DNA of 63,606 nucleotides, the filler included, from Globobulimina sp. (Eukaryota): assembly GCA_003354225.1 (NCBI GenBank). It is 54 parts of 54 records of this genome, joined end to end, with 100 filler letters (N's around TTAATTAATTAA, not from the genome) between each part and the next. Parts side by side here need not be neighbours in the genome. Positions count along the whole stretch, not along the records: positions 49,565 to 50,643 come from PIVH01024098.1; positions 50,744 to 51,822 come from PIVH01024099.1; positions 51,923 to 53,001 come from PIVH01024100.1; positions 53,102 to 54,180 come from PIVH01024101.1; positions 54,281 to 55,359 come from PIVH01024102.1; positions 55,460 to 56,538 come from PIVH01024103.1; positions 56,639 to 57,716 come from PIVH01024104.1; positions 57,817 to 58,894 come from PIVH01024105.1; 46 more parts are not named here. One strand, 5' to 3'. Below, in pieces: positions 50,028-62,267 of the stretch. The first letter of the stretch is position 1. The number at the start of each line of letters is the position of its first letter. The position numbers and the translations under genes were made by a program. The notes under the pieces are model-generated. The model did no database searches. It was given only the letters and a program-made list of their open reading frames with translations, and was not told the DNA's origin.

Positions 50028-50505
50028 CATGGATTACGATTTCGAATTGAATACTAAACAATTTTTGAATTTTTTGAAATTTATGGGTAAACTATCGAAA
50101 GCAGAACAAACTTCTTTCATCGACAATGCCACCAACAAACATGTGAATATGTTGGTTACTTTCATTCGACTCTGTAGCACTGGAAAGGTTTTATGTCGAG
50201 ATCAGAAACTTTTCCAACAGTTGGCTAGTCAAACTGAAGTTTTCTTCAATCTAAAGAAATCTAAAGGTAAAACCACCGAAAAAGTGCTCAAATTCAAAGA
50301 AATACTCCATGATAAACATTTCCTCCTCAACCTTCTAGCTCCATATCTAGAACAAGCACTGTTCGAATATGATGTTAGTCGTCAAACTGGTATCAATCCC
50401 ATACCTTTGTTGCCAAAAATGTTTTCCAAAAAGCGTGAAAAGAGAAATCGCAAATCTACCATTTCTAAGGAGAAAAAAAGCACACTGGGAAAATCACAAC
50501 AATAA
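50028..50505 (+). CDS. Hypothetical protein resembling a small conserved Polinton/adintovirus protein
   Basis: Pattern L.KLSK....FI..AT...V..L......G.V......L......L.....FLL.LLAP by recall only. Confidence 0.35.
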
Positions 50506-50773
50506 CAGTGAATTGCAAGAAGATACAGAAGGTGCAAAAGAGCCAAACTGCTCAAGTTTCGCAACCATCAAAACCGAATAATGATTTTTTATCTTATCTT
50601 TTTTTGTATTCATTTTAGTGTGATTGTGCTCATTATCACTAATNNNNNNNNNNNNNNNNNNNNNNNNNNNNNNNNNNNNNNNNNNNNTTAATTAATTAAN
50701 NNNNNNNNNNNNNNNNNNNNNNNNNNNNNNNNNNNNNNNNNNNATCTGTCCATATGTTATCCCTCAAATTATA

Positions 50774-51822
50774 CTATGCAGCGCCAAATATTTGCGTATT
50801 TTGTTGGTCACAAATGCCAGTAATAATGGCCCATAATAATAAATCCTCAAACCAGTGCAGCCAAAATAACATATCAATGAACAACAAGTCCTCCTCCACA
50901 ATGACCCAAAGCCCAATGACGCAGCCCGCACAATGCGTGACCATATACATTATCTTTGTAAACCAGTCCACTTTCTTATAAGTACTGCTATTCCGATAGC
51001 CAACTCCTATGCTGATGTCTGGGATGATGAAGAACTTCGTCATCACATAATAGATTTCACCTAAATACCCTCGAAAATATAAATAAAAATGGTTCAACAG
51101 CAATATTAAAGAGACTATGAAAAACGGCCCAGAACCGAGAAATATCCACAAAAACGAGAGCCAGACCATACGAGATATAAATTGACAGCCTCGAAAGGCA
51201 AAACGTAGTCGAAAGCCCCGTTGAAACCACTCCTTACATTCAGAGGAAAAGGAGCGAATATCACACCACAATATGACATAAAATATGTTGATTAAACCAA
51301 ATAAGACTGATAATAAAATGCATACAAATACGGGAGAGCTGGTCGATAAGATATGGTTCCAACGGAGCAAAAATACAAATTGCAGAAACCATAAAGGAAT
51401 GGAACAGAAATATACATATTGTCTATGCATCCATTGTATAATCTGTGCAAGGATAAAACAGTATATTTATATTTTATTAATGTCGCAAATTCGCTGTATA
51501 CATAACTGGGTTTTTATTCTTCTGTGAGTGCGCTATAAACATTTCATATAAGTAATTGCAATCAAGCAAATGAAGAAATACTTGGAACCAGGAAAATATG
51601 TCAATGAGAATGAGATAGATGGCAGAGCACAGTTTGTAGCTTGCCCAGATTATGAAGGATAAAAGTAAAAGCATGCTAGGCTTTGCTTGGCTGGTTAATA
51701 ACTTCCAGTCACTCATATCTGTGCCATATCGGTCTTGACAGAGGCAATACATTGAGATTATTGCTGCTATGCTGGTGCCTTCGTCAATGGCGTGAAATGC
51801 AAATGAATGGTAATATTCTCTC
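50774..51822 (-). CDS. Multi-pass membrane protein (spliced or frameshifted)
   Basis: Hydrophobic ORFs 50774-51430 and 51477-51752 on the same strand. Confidence 0.5.
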
Positions 51823-53101
51823 NNNNNNNNNNNNNNNNNNNNNNNNNNNNNNNNNNNNNNNNNNNNTTAATTAATTAANNNNNNNNNNNNNNNNNNNNNN
51901 NNNNNNNNNNNNNNNNNNNNNNGCCGAAAAATCTAACCAACCATAATAATTATCACCCAAAATAACAAGAAAACTATAAATTTAAAGAAAGAATAAAATA
52001 TAACACATTAATAATACATTTTAAAAACAAAAGATGCTTTTATTTTGGGATCACATTCACAACACTGCATTGCCGATCTCGATATTTATGATTCGACCAA
52101 TCATTGTAATTCTCAAAGATTTTATTACAAGTTGTTTTGCCTTTTAATCTGATGCATTGAAACATATTTTTGCCATTCAGTGGATATGGTACATATTCCA
52201 CCCATTTTAGCTTCTTATTTTTGAGAGGTTGTCCAGTATTTTTATGCAAATCCAATTCGCCAAAAATTATCCTCTTCATTTCACGATTATTACGTATTTT
52301 CATTTTATTATTACAGATTGCAATTGTTGTACAATGATAATAATACAATGAGTCTCCTTTTTTATTTACTATCATTTGCCGTAACCTATTTATTGTAAAG
52401 GGCGATATTTTATCCGCATTGTCATGCATCAATATTTTACAGTATTGATACTTGTCATTTTTATTATTATTATTCACTCCAATTTTCCTTCTTTTATTTG
52501 GTGGTACTTCCAATGAATCCACGTCTGAATGAAAATCATTGCGTTTTCGTTTTCTATTTTTTTTTATTTGGATTTTTTTTATTTATATACAAAAATTAAG
52601 ATCAAACCTATTTTTATTTTGTGATTTCGTATTGGATCCGGATGCAGTATATTTCGCGGATTGTACTATATTATTTTGTGGCTTATTATTATCACTATCA
52701 ACAAAACATATACGTTCCACCGAATCTTGGTCGCTCGAAACACCATCATCCATATCATCCATATCAACAATGGCAATATTCTCATCTTATTATTATTTAT
52801 CACAGTATTTAGCGTAAAAACAAACGAACACAAATTTGCTTAACTATTTTTTCGATTTGCATTCATCATAATTGCAGTGGCACATTTTTGACATAAATCA
52901 TAACCATCCTCAATGCAATCACAATGATATATTTCCTCATATGATAGTTTTCCGGTTTCCTCCGTACATCCAACTCCGTCACATTCCCATCCTTTAAGCT
53001 TNNNNNNNNNNNNNNNNNNNNNNNNNNNNNNNNNNNNNNNNNNNNTTAATTAATTAANNNNNNNNNNNNNNNNNNNNNNNNNNNNNNNNNNNNNNNNNNN
53101 N

Positions 53102-53653
53102 AATATAATTTGCATAAAATGAAACATCTTCAACAATACTATGACCAACAATATTCTTCACATCTGTATCTTCAATTGTATATTTTCTTTCCCATAAAAC
53201 ATTATCAGCAAAATCTTCATGATCTTCTTGACCTATATAAGGAAGATAATAAGAATGAGATACTACATGTTTTTCATCAACCCAATACGTTAAAGGTAAT
53301 GTCTTAAACCATTCTCTATGTTCAAAAAATAAATCTTCATCAAATTTATCATAATGATCTTTATATGAATTGATTGTTTGAGTTGCTCCATTTCTTTCCC
53401 ACATCATATAAGTGATATACTCTTTTGTTCTATCATCATTAAAAGATTGAATAGCAAAATCCTCATGATTTCCCATAACACAATTATAATTGTTATTTTT
53501 AACAAAATCAACAACTTTTTTTGAATCTGGTCCACGATCAATTAAATCTCCTTCAAATACAACATGGTCATGAGGTAATTTATAAAATAATTTCATTAAT
53601 AAATCATACTCTCCGTGCACATCTCCAATCACTATCATTTTTCTAATCTCCAT
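53102..53653 (-). CDS. Phage metallophosphoesterase (NinI/PrpA-like Ser/Thr phosphatase)
   Basis: GDVHG, GDLIDRGPDS, GNHE, SH, GH motifs. Confidence 0.93.
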
Positions 53654-53949
53654 ATTTCTTCATACATTTCTTTAAGTGTATTATCATGATGATCTCTCAT
53701 AATTTTTTCATAACAACATGTTTTACGTTGATCATCACATAATCTTTCTAAATCGCTACATATATAACATTGACTTTTTAAATTTTTAATGTGAATCGGC
53801 GTTTTAAAATATTTATCCATATATAAATTTCGACCATCTCTACACGTTTTACATATAAAAGAATATTCTTTATCATCAAAATAAGCACAATTAATACATC
53901 CTGGATACTTTGATATAAGTTTATTATAAAGTTTTTTTATAATATTCAT
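53635..53949 (-). CDS. Phage hypothetical CxxC protein
   Basis: Tightly packed between neighbours; three CxxC pairs. Confidence 0.65.
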   Translation of the reverse strand: MNIIKKLYNKLISKYPGCINCAYFDDKEYSFICKTCRDGRNLYMDKYFKTPIHIKNLKSQCYICSDLERLCDDQRKTCCYEKIMRDHHDNTLKEMYEEIWRLEK

Positions 53950-54180
53950 TTATTCTTTCCTTGAACTTGGTAAATCTATCGGTTCAAAATCTGCTTTATC
54001 TTCTCTTTCAAAATCATCAAAATAAGTATCATTTTCAGAATCACATGAATTAATCCGCATCATCTCCTTTTTGTGGCCAAACCACTTGTAGTAATCAGTA
54101 GAAAATGTATCATAAATGCTTCTTGTAATTGTTGTATGAAAGAAACTATAAGCGGATGAATTTCTTGATAAATCAAATTT
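53950..54180 (-). CDS. Sigma-factor-like (T4 gp55-like) C-terminal fragment
   Basis: KFDLSRNSSAYSFFHTTITRS resembles FD.....F.YF..I region 2.3-2.4; acidic tail; not in ORF track. Confidence 0.5.
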   Translation of the reverse strand, partial: KFDLSRNSSAYSFFHTTITRSIYDTFSTDYYKWFGHKKEMMRINSCDSENDTYFDDFEREDKADFEPIDLPSSRKE

Positions 54181-54280
54181 NNNNNNNNNNNNNNNNNNNN
54201 NNNNNNNNNNNNNNNNNNNNNNNNTTAATTAATTAANNNNNNNNNNNNNNNNNNNNNNNNNNNNNNNNNNNNNNNNNNNN

Positions 54281-55357
54281 CATAATTGTGCCACAAATGG
54301 ATTCGAGGGCCGATCCGGTGATCACTCGATATTGCAGTGTATAAAGAATCAGCTGTTTGAAATTATGGTATTTAACTGGAGGAATACCAACAGTTTTCGT
54401 TTTTAAATCAAATAACACGCCATATATTACGGCGGATTGACACGTTCGGATAAAGCCGGATTCTTTCAACGAGACTTGAACATTAAGCTCTTGCATTAAC
54501 AGATCAAATCGTTTCTCCATTTCCATGCAGTCGGCTTCCTTAACCGCTGCCAAAACAAAATCGTCAATATGCACTAAGGACTTCCCTCGCCAATCTTGAT
54601 GGAATATTTTGTTATCCAAAATCCATATCAATATTTGGGCAAAGTATTGGGAATTTGCTGGGGCTGAGGCGACACCATAAGGCTGTTTGCGATCACGCCA
54701 AACTAACCCGAATAAAGAATAACAAATATAGTTACTGTCCTCCTCACAGAGTCCGATTTGGCGAAAGAAATCCGAGAGGTCACGGATTGCAAAAAAATTG
54801 CAGTCAATCAATGTTTTAATGTACTTTTTAAGATTAGGCAGGGAGGGTATTTTGCATTTGATTGGCCGGATTAACTCATTGATGGAAGAGGTTGATTTGG
54901 TTTTAAAGGAGCCATTGCGTATAACACGGAATTTAGTATATTTACCCTGGCCATCTTTCTTCGGAGTACAGAAAATCATTATCATATAACGAGGGGTACC
55001 GAAAAAAGGCTCAATTTGGCCGTGCTCCGCTTCAGCAATCATTTTATCCAAAATAGCCAGCGCTTCCTGCGGAGTATTGGCTATATTGGAGATTTTAGTG
55101 GATAACGGATTGGCAGTGTTTAATTGATTTGATTTTGCTTTAAAATGTGTTTTTAGCCACAGGGGGAAACCCACCGTGATCCATTTTACATCAGATTTAT
55201 ATTTCGGCTTTCCTTTTAAATATTTGGTAAATGCCGGGATGTTGAATTGGTTGCAATATTTAGACGGTTCATTATGAAGTTGTGTGAACCTCTCCAATCT
55301 TGGTTTAAGTTGAGCGGCAAACTGCGAGTCTAACTCTGAGTATTTAAAATAAAAAAC
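54281..55357 (-). mobile_element. Reverse transcriptase of DIRS/Ngaro-type retrotransposon, partial
   Basis: PKK..KFRVIRNGS..SINE, DLSDFFRQI, PYGVASAP, HIDDF, IYGVLFD, LESICG. Confidence 0.85.
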
Positions 55358-55728
55358 TGNNNNNNNNNNNNNNNNNNNNNNNNNNNNNNNNNNNNNNNNN
55401 NNNTTAATTAATTAANNNNNNNNNNNNNNNNNNNNNNNNNNNNNNNNNNNNNNNNNNNNACAGATTAATGCAATAAATGCCTATACATGTATTCCACGCA
55501 GGGCTGCCATGGCAGCGGCAAATACGCCGGCATCTTCACCCCCGGCGCCTTCATTCGATTCACATGATTGTGTTGATAACGGACCATGCCCAGATTTACC
55601 ATTTGCTACACATCCAAAAGCATCAATGATTCCAATGTCCAATAAATTTAGGGAAAGTTTAGTAATATATACATAATCAGATCACTTATCTGTGCACAAA
55701 ATAAATATTAGAGGGTGGGGATTACTTA

Positions 55729-56493
55729 ATGTTTCCACCAAAGAACGGTCCAATAGCAATAGCAAAGCGATTAGGAATACCAACTTCGCAGATACCAGAT
55801 TTTGATCCAAATGATGAGATCAGTGGAGTTGCAAAAATGGCATCCAATTTATTATTAAAATATGAAAAGGAGTTGCGTATGTTATCAATGATGGGATATA
55901 CAAATACTAATCTTAGTTTACGCCATTTATTACATTGCAATGGAGATGTTTCCGAAGTAATTGGTGCATATCTTACACCATCAGAGTATGAAGGCATATA
56001 TATCGCTGATCGTGTAATGAGAGGACCAGACTGGAAATGGGGTGATCAAGACGGTGGTGTTGGGTTAGAAGGCACAGTCCGTGCGTTGCGACAATGGCAT
56101 CCAACAGATGCAAAACATGAAGTTACTGAAGTTGTGGTGTTATGGGACCATGGATTATATGGAAATTATAGGTTTGGCTATAAATCAGCGTATGATATCA
56201 AAGTGATTCATAGATTGGAGATTGAAGATACAAACTTCCTATGTATTGGTCAAAAAGTAATGAGAAAACAAGCGAATTGGAGATGGGGTGCGCAAGACGG
56301 TGGATTGAAGGGAGTTGGTGCAGTCATTGCATTGCACGCAAGTCCAGCACCATTATGTTCAGGTATGCTCATTGGAGTATTATGGGATCATCAAAAGGAT
56401 AAATTTAAACAAATGGCAGAAACAAATATTAAAATACATCCAAATGGTGATAATGAATGGTGTGAACATCATGAAATTGATGAAAATGAGTGA
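55729..56493 (+). CDS. UBA plus tandem MIB/HERC2 domain protein (spliced, partial)
   Basis: LSMMGY..NGDV UBA; RVMRGPDWKWGDQDGG..GTV..V.WD.G..YR.G; second WRWGAQDGG repeat. Confidence 0.9.
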   Translation: MFPPKNGPIAIAKRLGIPTSQIPDFDPNDEISGVAKMASNLLLKYEKELRMLSMMGYTNTNLSLRHLLHCNGDVSEVIGAYLTPSEYEGIYIADRVMRGPDWKWGDQDGGVGLEGTVRALRQWHPTDAKHEVTEVVVLWDHGLYGNYRFGYKSAYDIKVIHRLEIEDTNFLCIGQKVMRKQANWRWGAQDGGLKGVGAVIALHASPAPLCSGMLIGVLWDHQKDKFKQMAETNIKIHPNGDNEWCEHHEIDENE

Positions 56494-56990
56494 AAACAAT
56501 CTGAAGTCTGTCAAAGCCAAACATATAATTTACAAACANNNNNNNNNNNNNNNNNNNNNNNNNNNNNNNNNNNNNNNNNNNNTTAATTAATTAANNNNNN
56601 NNNNNNNNNNNNNNNNNNNNNNNNNNNNNNNNNNNNNNTGGTCTTTACCCACTTGAAACTCCGAAAAACCTAAATGAGTTTGCTGCGCTGTGGCCGCTTC
56701 TTCGTCGTGTTGCTGATCCGTAATTTGTTTCTCCTTTTGTTGATACGCATGGATCTCCGAAATAAATTGCTTCCGTTTGCTTTCATACAATTCCAACTCT
56801 TGAATCACATTCAGCCGACTCGGGAGATACATGCGATGGATATATTTATACAAAACCTCCGGCGCTAAGCTCAATATCGTCGCCAAAACAATAATATCAG
56901 TGAATTCCACTAAATATGAATCCAAACAGAAACAAATCCAACAATTAACAGTTAAATTGATTATTTTAACAACATAGTTTTAATAAATTT

Positions 56991-57395
56991 ATGATACAAT
57001 ATTACAATACAAAGGGTATAGTGAATGAGCAAAAGGAATTACAAATAGAAAATGAAAAATTAAGAAACGAGGTTAAGGAATTAAAAATGAAATTTTTTGA
57101 CATATCATCGTATCATACCTGGAATACTCAAAAAGTCATATTTTGGATTTTATCATTGGAACATGGCCGCTTCTCAAAATATGAAAAGGTGTTAAATTCA
57201 AAATTATTTGAACAAGATATTAAAGGACAAGATTTAAAGGATGTCAATGTTTTGTTTATTAAAACGTGGGGTATTAAGGATTCAAAAGACAAGAAAAGTT
57301 TAGCAAATCATATTCGAATTTTATGCAATAATGAGGCACCGTCAATGTATTCTGACGATGTTGAGGGACATAATGTACTGGTTACTAATCAATAA
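56991..57395 (+). CDS. Coiled-coil plus SAM-domain protein
   Basis: WNTQKVIFWILSL..F.KY...EQDIKGQDL...WGIKD. Confidence 0.75.
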   Translation: MIQYYNTKGIVNEQKELQIENEKLRNEVKELKMKFFDISSYHTWNTQKVIFWILSLEHGRFSKYEKVLNSKLFEQDIKGQDLKDVNVLFIKTWGIKDSKDKKSLANHIRILCNNEAPSMYSDDVEGHNVLVTNQ

Positions 57396-58090
57396 ATTAC
57401 ACCACCGTGACAGTCACCGCACAGTATCAAATATAAATATTCTTCCAAATACTTATCATACGCATCTATGTAGTTCTTGTCAATTTGGCTAGTGTGTTAA
57501 TATTAGGATCGGATTAGTAAACTAAAAAACTTTTAAAAGTGTCAAATAATGATGACAGCAGCACTCCACACACTTTTTGTGTCATTTTTTCTTAACATAA
57601 ATATCTATCAAAATTCAATACTAGTCATTGACGGAAAACATTTGCCCCAAACAACCACTGCAGTCACAACTATTGAGCTAATTTTCATTCTGGTGATCTG
57701 ACTTCAACTTTTGGAGNNNNNNNNNNNNNNNNNNNNNNNNNNNNNNNNNNNNNNNNNNNNTTAATTAATTAANNNNNNNNNNNNNNNNNNNNNNNNNNNN
57801 NNNNNNNNNNNNNNNNTTAAGGAACATATTTCGTGAGGTATGCGTCTGAAATAATTGCGATATCGATATTTAAACAATATAATAATAAAAATATATTTTA
57901 AAAATACAAGTGGCACTAAGCCGCAAGTTAAAAAAAATTGGATGAAATCGAAGGTGGATTTTAGAAAAGATGAAAAGTTGAGGGTGGATTTTAGAAAAAT
58001 TTTGGACTAAAAATTTCATAATCTAAATTTTGAGAAAACGATGAACAAAAGCTGGATTTTAACTAATTGTGGCTCCAAAACGAGCAAAAA

Positions 58091-58894
58091 TCATATGTTG
58101 TATCTCAATTCTTCTTCTGAGAGACAAAAAGGTGTTGAAAATTTATTTGTTTTTCCTTTACGTACTCTAATTATTGATTTTCCTACATCCGGATATTTTT
58201 GTCGTTTCTTATTACGTTCGTTTTCCAATTTTAATGCTCCCTTTCCTTCATCCACTACATTATGGGCGAGTCCTGCTGCGATAGCATCTATATTTTTTTC
58301 CGATGATATAAAATGAGTCGCAATTGTTGTGAGTTCCAATACTGATTTATGGCCCCTTGGCCTTCCTACATTTTTCGCAGCAAAACGCCTAACAACACAC
58401 CCAACCGGTTCACAAAAAGCAGACGACGATAATATTTGCGCTTGAGCCAATTCAAAAAATATCAACCACTGTTTACATTCTGTTGCTTTATAATCCTTAC
58501 ATAAATTCTCCAATTCACATAATATTTCCGTATATTGTTTATAATCTGCATTATCAAAATATTTTACATATTGTTGTGCTAATAATTTCCCTTTAAAATC
58601 CTGATGCAAATACTCAAAATACCATGTTTTAATGATATAAGATTGTAATTTAAATTCATTCACAGATTGCTCGAATAAAAATGATGTATTTTCATCTGCA
58701 TTTAAGTCCTTATAACGCGTATACAATGCGCATAAGTCATCAATTCCATGATTAATAATTTCTTCTTTTTGATCGATATCATCCACATCACATTTACAAA
58801 TCGAATAAATAACAGTCGGCCAATGGTTATTTGACCATAATCCCTCATCAGTTAATTTCTGCGCTGCTCTTGGTTTCCTAATGACAAATAATGC
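58091..58894 (-). CDS. Hypothetical protein C-terminus, possibly hAT-like transposase dimerisation region
   Basis: SSSAFCEPVG loosely resembles S.A..ER.FS; basic C-terminus. Confidence 0.3.
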   Translation of the reverse strand, partial: ALFVIRKPRAAQKLTDEGLWSNNHWPTVIYSICKCDVDDIDQKEEIINHGIDDLCALYTRYKDLNADENTSFLFEQSVNEFKLQSYIIKTWYFEYLHQDFKGKLLAQQYVKYFDNADYKQYTEILCELENLCKDYKATECKQWLIFFELAQAQILSSSAFCEPVGCVVRRFAAKNVGRPRGHKSVLELTTIATHFISSEKNIDAIAAGLAHNVVDEGKGALKLENERNKKRQKYPDVGKSIIRVRKGKTNKFSTPFCLSEEELRYNI

Positions 58895-58994
58895 NNNNNN
58901 NNNNNNNNNNNNNNNNNNNNNNNNNNNNNNNNNNNNNNTTAATTAATTAANNNNNNNNNNNNNNNNNNNNNNNNNNNNNNNNNNNNNNNNNNNN

Positions 58995-60055
58995 TTTTGT
59001 TAAGCTTTTGACAAGTTAAGGAAGACATGATGTTTAGTCTCCGTTTTATCTTTGACGATATATACACACATTATTATTGTTATAAATAGAATGGATTATT
59101 CTGGTTATTAAAATAATTAAATATGTTTAATTTTGAAATTGTAACTATAAATACAATAATTTATAAAAGAAATAAAAATACAAAGCTATTGAATGTACAT
59201 CTCCATCATTGGTTGTCATTTTTCAAACCATTTCGTGCATAATTTAATTCGCGTGGTTTAAAAAACATTCCAGCCGCAAAGGCGCCTTTAATCAATATAA
59301 CCGCCTGTTGCGTGCGTATATTTTTCCCGGATGGCGGCAGCTTATCCCACGTCACCAGTCACGGAGTATATTTATGATGAAATGAATGATGCTCACAATA
59401 CGACCAATTATCTTCGGCTGCATCCCACAACCAACAATCATGTAAATATTCGGCCAAACATGGCACCAAAGAGCACAACATATGCGGCACAGATAATTGA
59501 TCCAATTTAGAATCCAACCAATTGGTTCAAACTGTTTTTACTTTCTTAAGATTCGCATTGAAACCAATTCACACCACAAAATATTTCATTTGTCCATTGC
59601 AGTCCTACACATAAAACCCATTGTAAATATTGATCACCATATTATGCATCATAACATAAAACATATTAATCACCATATCTATCATCATTATAATCAAATT
59701 TTTAACCAGAATAATCCATTCTATTTATAACAATAATAATGTGTGTATATATCGTCAAAGATAAAACGGAGACTAAACATCATGTCTTCCTTAACTTGTC
59801 AAAAGCTTAACAAAATAAAAGTTATTTAAACTGCTTTGCACAACTTGTTTTATTCCATACAGCAACCGAACATATTATTTTACCCCAAACAAACAAAATA
59901 GAATCATAGAATCAACTTTTTCAAAAAGTAAAAATTTGGCAATTTCTAACTTTGCCAATTCGAAGAATTGAAGTCTTTCCTTTTAGAACCTATCTGATTG
60001 ATACAATACAAACACAATACAACAACGCAGAAGTCAAGCAAAATGACGAAAGAGT
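58995..60055. mobile_element. Long inverted-repeat element enclosing a gene fragment (left arm cut by contig end)
   Basis: 58995-59107 is the exact reverse complement of 59703-59815 (113 bp); the right arm continues to ~60055 and recurs at 48386-48714. Confidence 0.75.
59206..59534 (-). pseudogene. RyR-domain fragment with in-frame stop and frameshift
   Basis: LSVPHMLCSLVPCLAEYLHDCWLWDAAEDNWSY...KYTP*LVTWDKLPPSGKNIRTQQAVILIK; stop at 59359-59361; not in ORF track. Confidence 0.7.
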
Positions 60056-60287
60056 CAGTGTGGTCATCCCTANNNNNNNNNNNNNNNNNNNNNNNNNNNN
60101 NNNNNNNNNNNNNNNNTTAATTAATTAANNNNNNNNNNNNNNNNNNNNNNNNNNNNNNNNNNNNNNNNNNNNTCCAGGAAAATATAACAGTTTTAAAATT
60201 CAAGAAATTTTTATAATATTTTTATAAAAATTCACCTAAAAACTTTAAATATCTGTAGATCACATTTCCTAATGTTATTTTCTGCTG

Positions 60288-60507
60288 CGGACTTGAATTT
60301 TACATCGAAAAATAAGCCAGATTCCATGTTTTTGTCGAAAATATTGGATTTTAAATTTTTTTGAAATTCTGTCTAAATTTTTTCAAAAAATTCTCACGAA
60401 AAATTGTTAATATCTGCTTAAGAAGTGCCGGGATGTAATTTTTAGCTCCGGATTTGAATTCTACGTAAAAAAATAGACCAGATTACATATTTTTGTCGAA
60501 AAATATT
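60288..60507. repeat. Imperfect direct repeat (~58 bp, 160-bp spacing) in a non-coding contig
   Basis: CGGA.TTGAATT.TAC...AAAA...CCAGATT.CAT.TTTTTGTCGAAAA at ~60289 and ~60449. Confidence 0.7.
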
Positions 60508-61391
60508 CAATTTCCGAAAATTATCCAAATTTTGGGTCCCGCAACGATACAGCTAAACGAAGCCGATGCCGTAGTTTTTGACAACTGTTTTTTATGAGTA
60601 TAAAACGTATCTACCTTCCACAGAAATTTCATCGCTCTCCGAGTTGTGGGCATCGAGAACGGCATGATTCAGTAAAAGAGGCCAGTTTTTAGGCATCAAG
60701 TTCGAACATTCGCCGTTCAGCCATACTTTACTCGATCGAGTCAATTCCTGCTGCATTAAATACAGAATTGTCCCAAATATAACTGTTTAAAATTTTGTGG
60801 GAATCGAGCCAGGGATGGTGAAATGGGAGAACGTTATCTGAAAAAATGGAGAAATTCAAGATTTTGAAAAATGCCACCTGACGACAATAAAACGCTTACT
60901 AAAATGACACGAGTAAGCGCCGAGCCTAACCCTTTTGGGTAAAAGTCTACTATTATATAATAGTTCGAATGGGGAAATTTTCATATGGGCAAAAAAAATT
61001 CCATGTGCCGCTGCCTGCACCGTTTTTTTTGTCAGACGCTCTTAATGTTATAGGCGATTTGTTGTAGGGAAGGTTGAATGTTGAAAAGCGATACTTTGGA
61101 AAAGGTAAACAAATAATAAAATGGTAACAATATTCTCAATTCAAGGTGCTCGCAAAAGACAAGTCCCTACAAACGGTGTTCCTAGGGTGAAATGTAGTGT
61201 TGTTATGAGTATACTCAATAATAGAGATGGCCCGCCCCGCGGCCCGCCCCNNNNNNNNNNNNNNNNNNNNNNNNNNNNNNNNNNNNNNNNNNNNTTAATT
61301 AATTAANNNNNNNNNNNNNNNNNNNNNNNNNNNNNNNNNNNNNNNNNNNNTCATTCTACCTCTCATCAATCGGGCATTGTAAAACTGAACC

Positions 61392-62267
61392 ATGAGATTT
61401 CATGAAATTCTGCGTAAATTCACGAGGTATGTGTATTATGTACACGTGCACATTCAAAAAATAAACAAATTTTCTACAATATCACACTACAGAAAAACAT
61501 ACAGATCATCCACCAACAACAGCTCCTTAAGCACCATACGTCAGCCTGCTTTATATAGATTTCAATCAAGCAAATTTTCATCCAACTGCGATAATAACAA
61601 AATAGCAACATCCCCACTATTAAAACTTCAACAATCCATTACACACAAATTCCACAACATAATGAATGATATATCCATATCATTTTGGTGGCTAACAGCA
61701 ACCAGCAAATCTCACGAAGAATGGCTTGATGAGTATAACAAACAAGTATACGTAGCAAGTGCTGCTCGAACAGGATATCTTAGCATTACGCGGATAAACG
61801 ATGCAATCTTAAGATACAAAATGCGTTCATTAAATCACAGAATAATGTGTTACGAAGAATTTATGATTGGGGCTATGAATTCTTTTCGCTCCATACAGGA
61901 AATAAATGAATCCGATACAATGCAAATATCAAAATGTTTTTCTTCAGGTTTGCGAGATGAAGTATCCACTCTAAAAAAGGCACTGTTTGAAGATCAACAG
62001 TATCAAATAAATGATATCGAAGCATTTGGCAGTACCCTCAAGTTTGTTAAACAAAAGAAGCATGGACTTAATCTGCCAGATCTTGAAATGACTTTTGTTG
62101 TGGGATACCACTATTCTTTGCAGAATAAAACCGATATTAAACGCAAATATGCCGAAGTTGAATGGATTGGGGCATTTGAACCACAACTTGCAAATAATAG
62201 GATTAAGGAATTTAGTATAAGTGACCAGGGATTTTGTATTAATAATCTCGAGGTTGATACTATTTAG
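61392..62267 (+). CDS. Hypothetical protein (possible mitochondrial-type targeting N-terminus)
   Basis: Complete 291-aa ORF; R/S/K-rich N-terminus. Confidence 0.6.
   Translation: MRFHEILRKFTRYVYYVHVHIQKINKFSTISHYRKTYRSSTNNSSLSTIRQPALYRFQSSKFSSNCDNNKIATSPLLKLQQSITHKFHNIMNDISISFWWLTATSKSHEEWLDEYNKQVYVASAARTGYLSITRINDAILRYKMRSLNHRIMCYEEFMIGAMNSFRSIQEINESDTMQISKCFSSGLRDEVSTLKKALFEDQQYQINDIEAFGSTLKFVKQKKHGLNLPDLEMTFVVGYHYSLQNKTDIKRKYAEVEWIGAFEPQLANNRIKEFSISDQGFCINNLEVDTI

Noticed and set aside
10632-55357. RTs as bacterial retron, DGR or defence RTs
   Set aside because: Motifs fit eukaryotic DIRS/Ngaro and CRE-type retrotransposons; no ncRNA, TR/VR pair or effector seen
59359-59361. In-frame TGA as recoding or alternative genetic code
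   Set aside because: Accompanied by a frameshift; long conserved genes here read in the standard code
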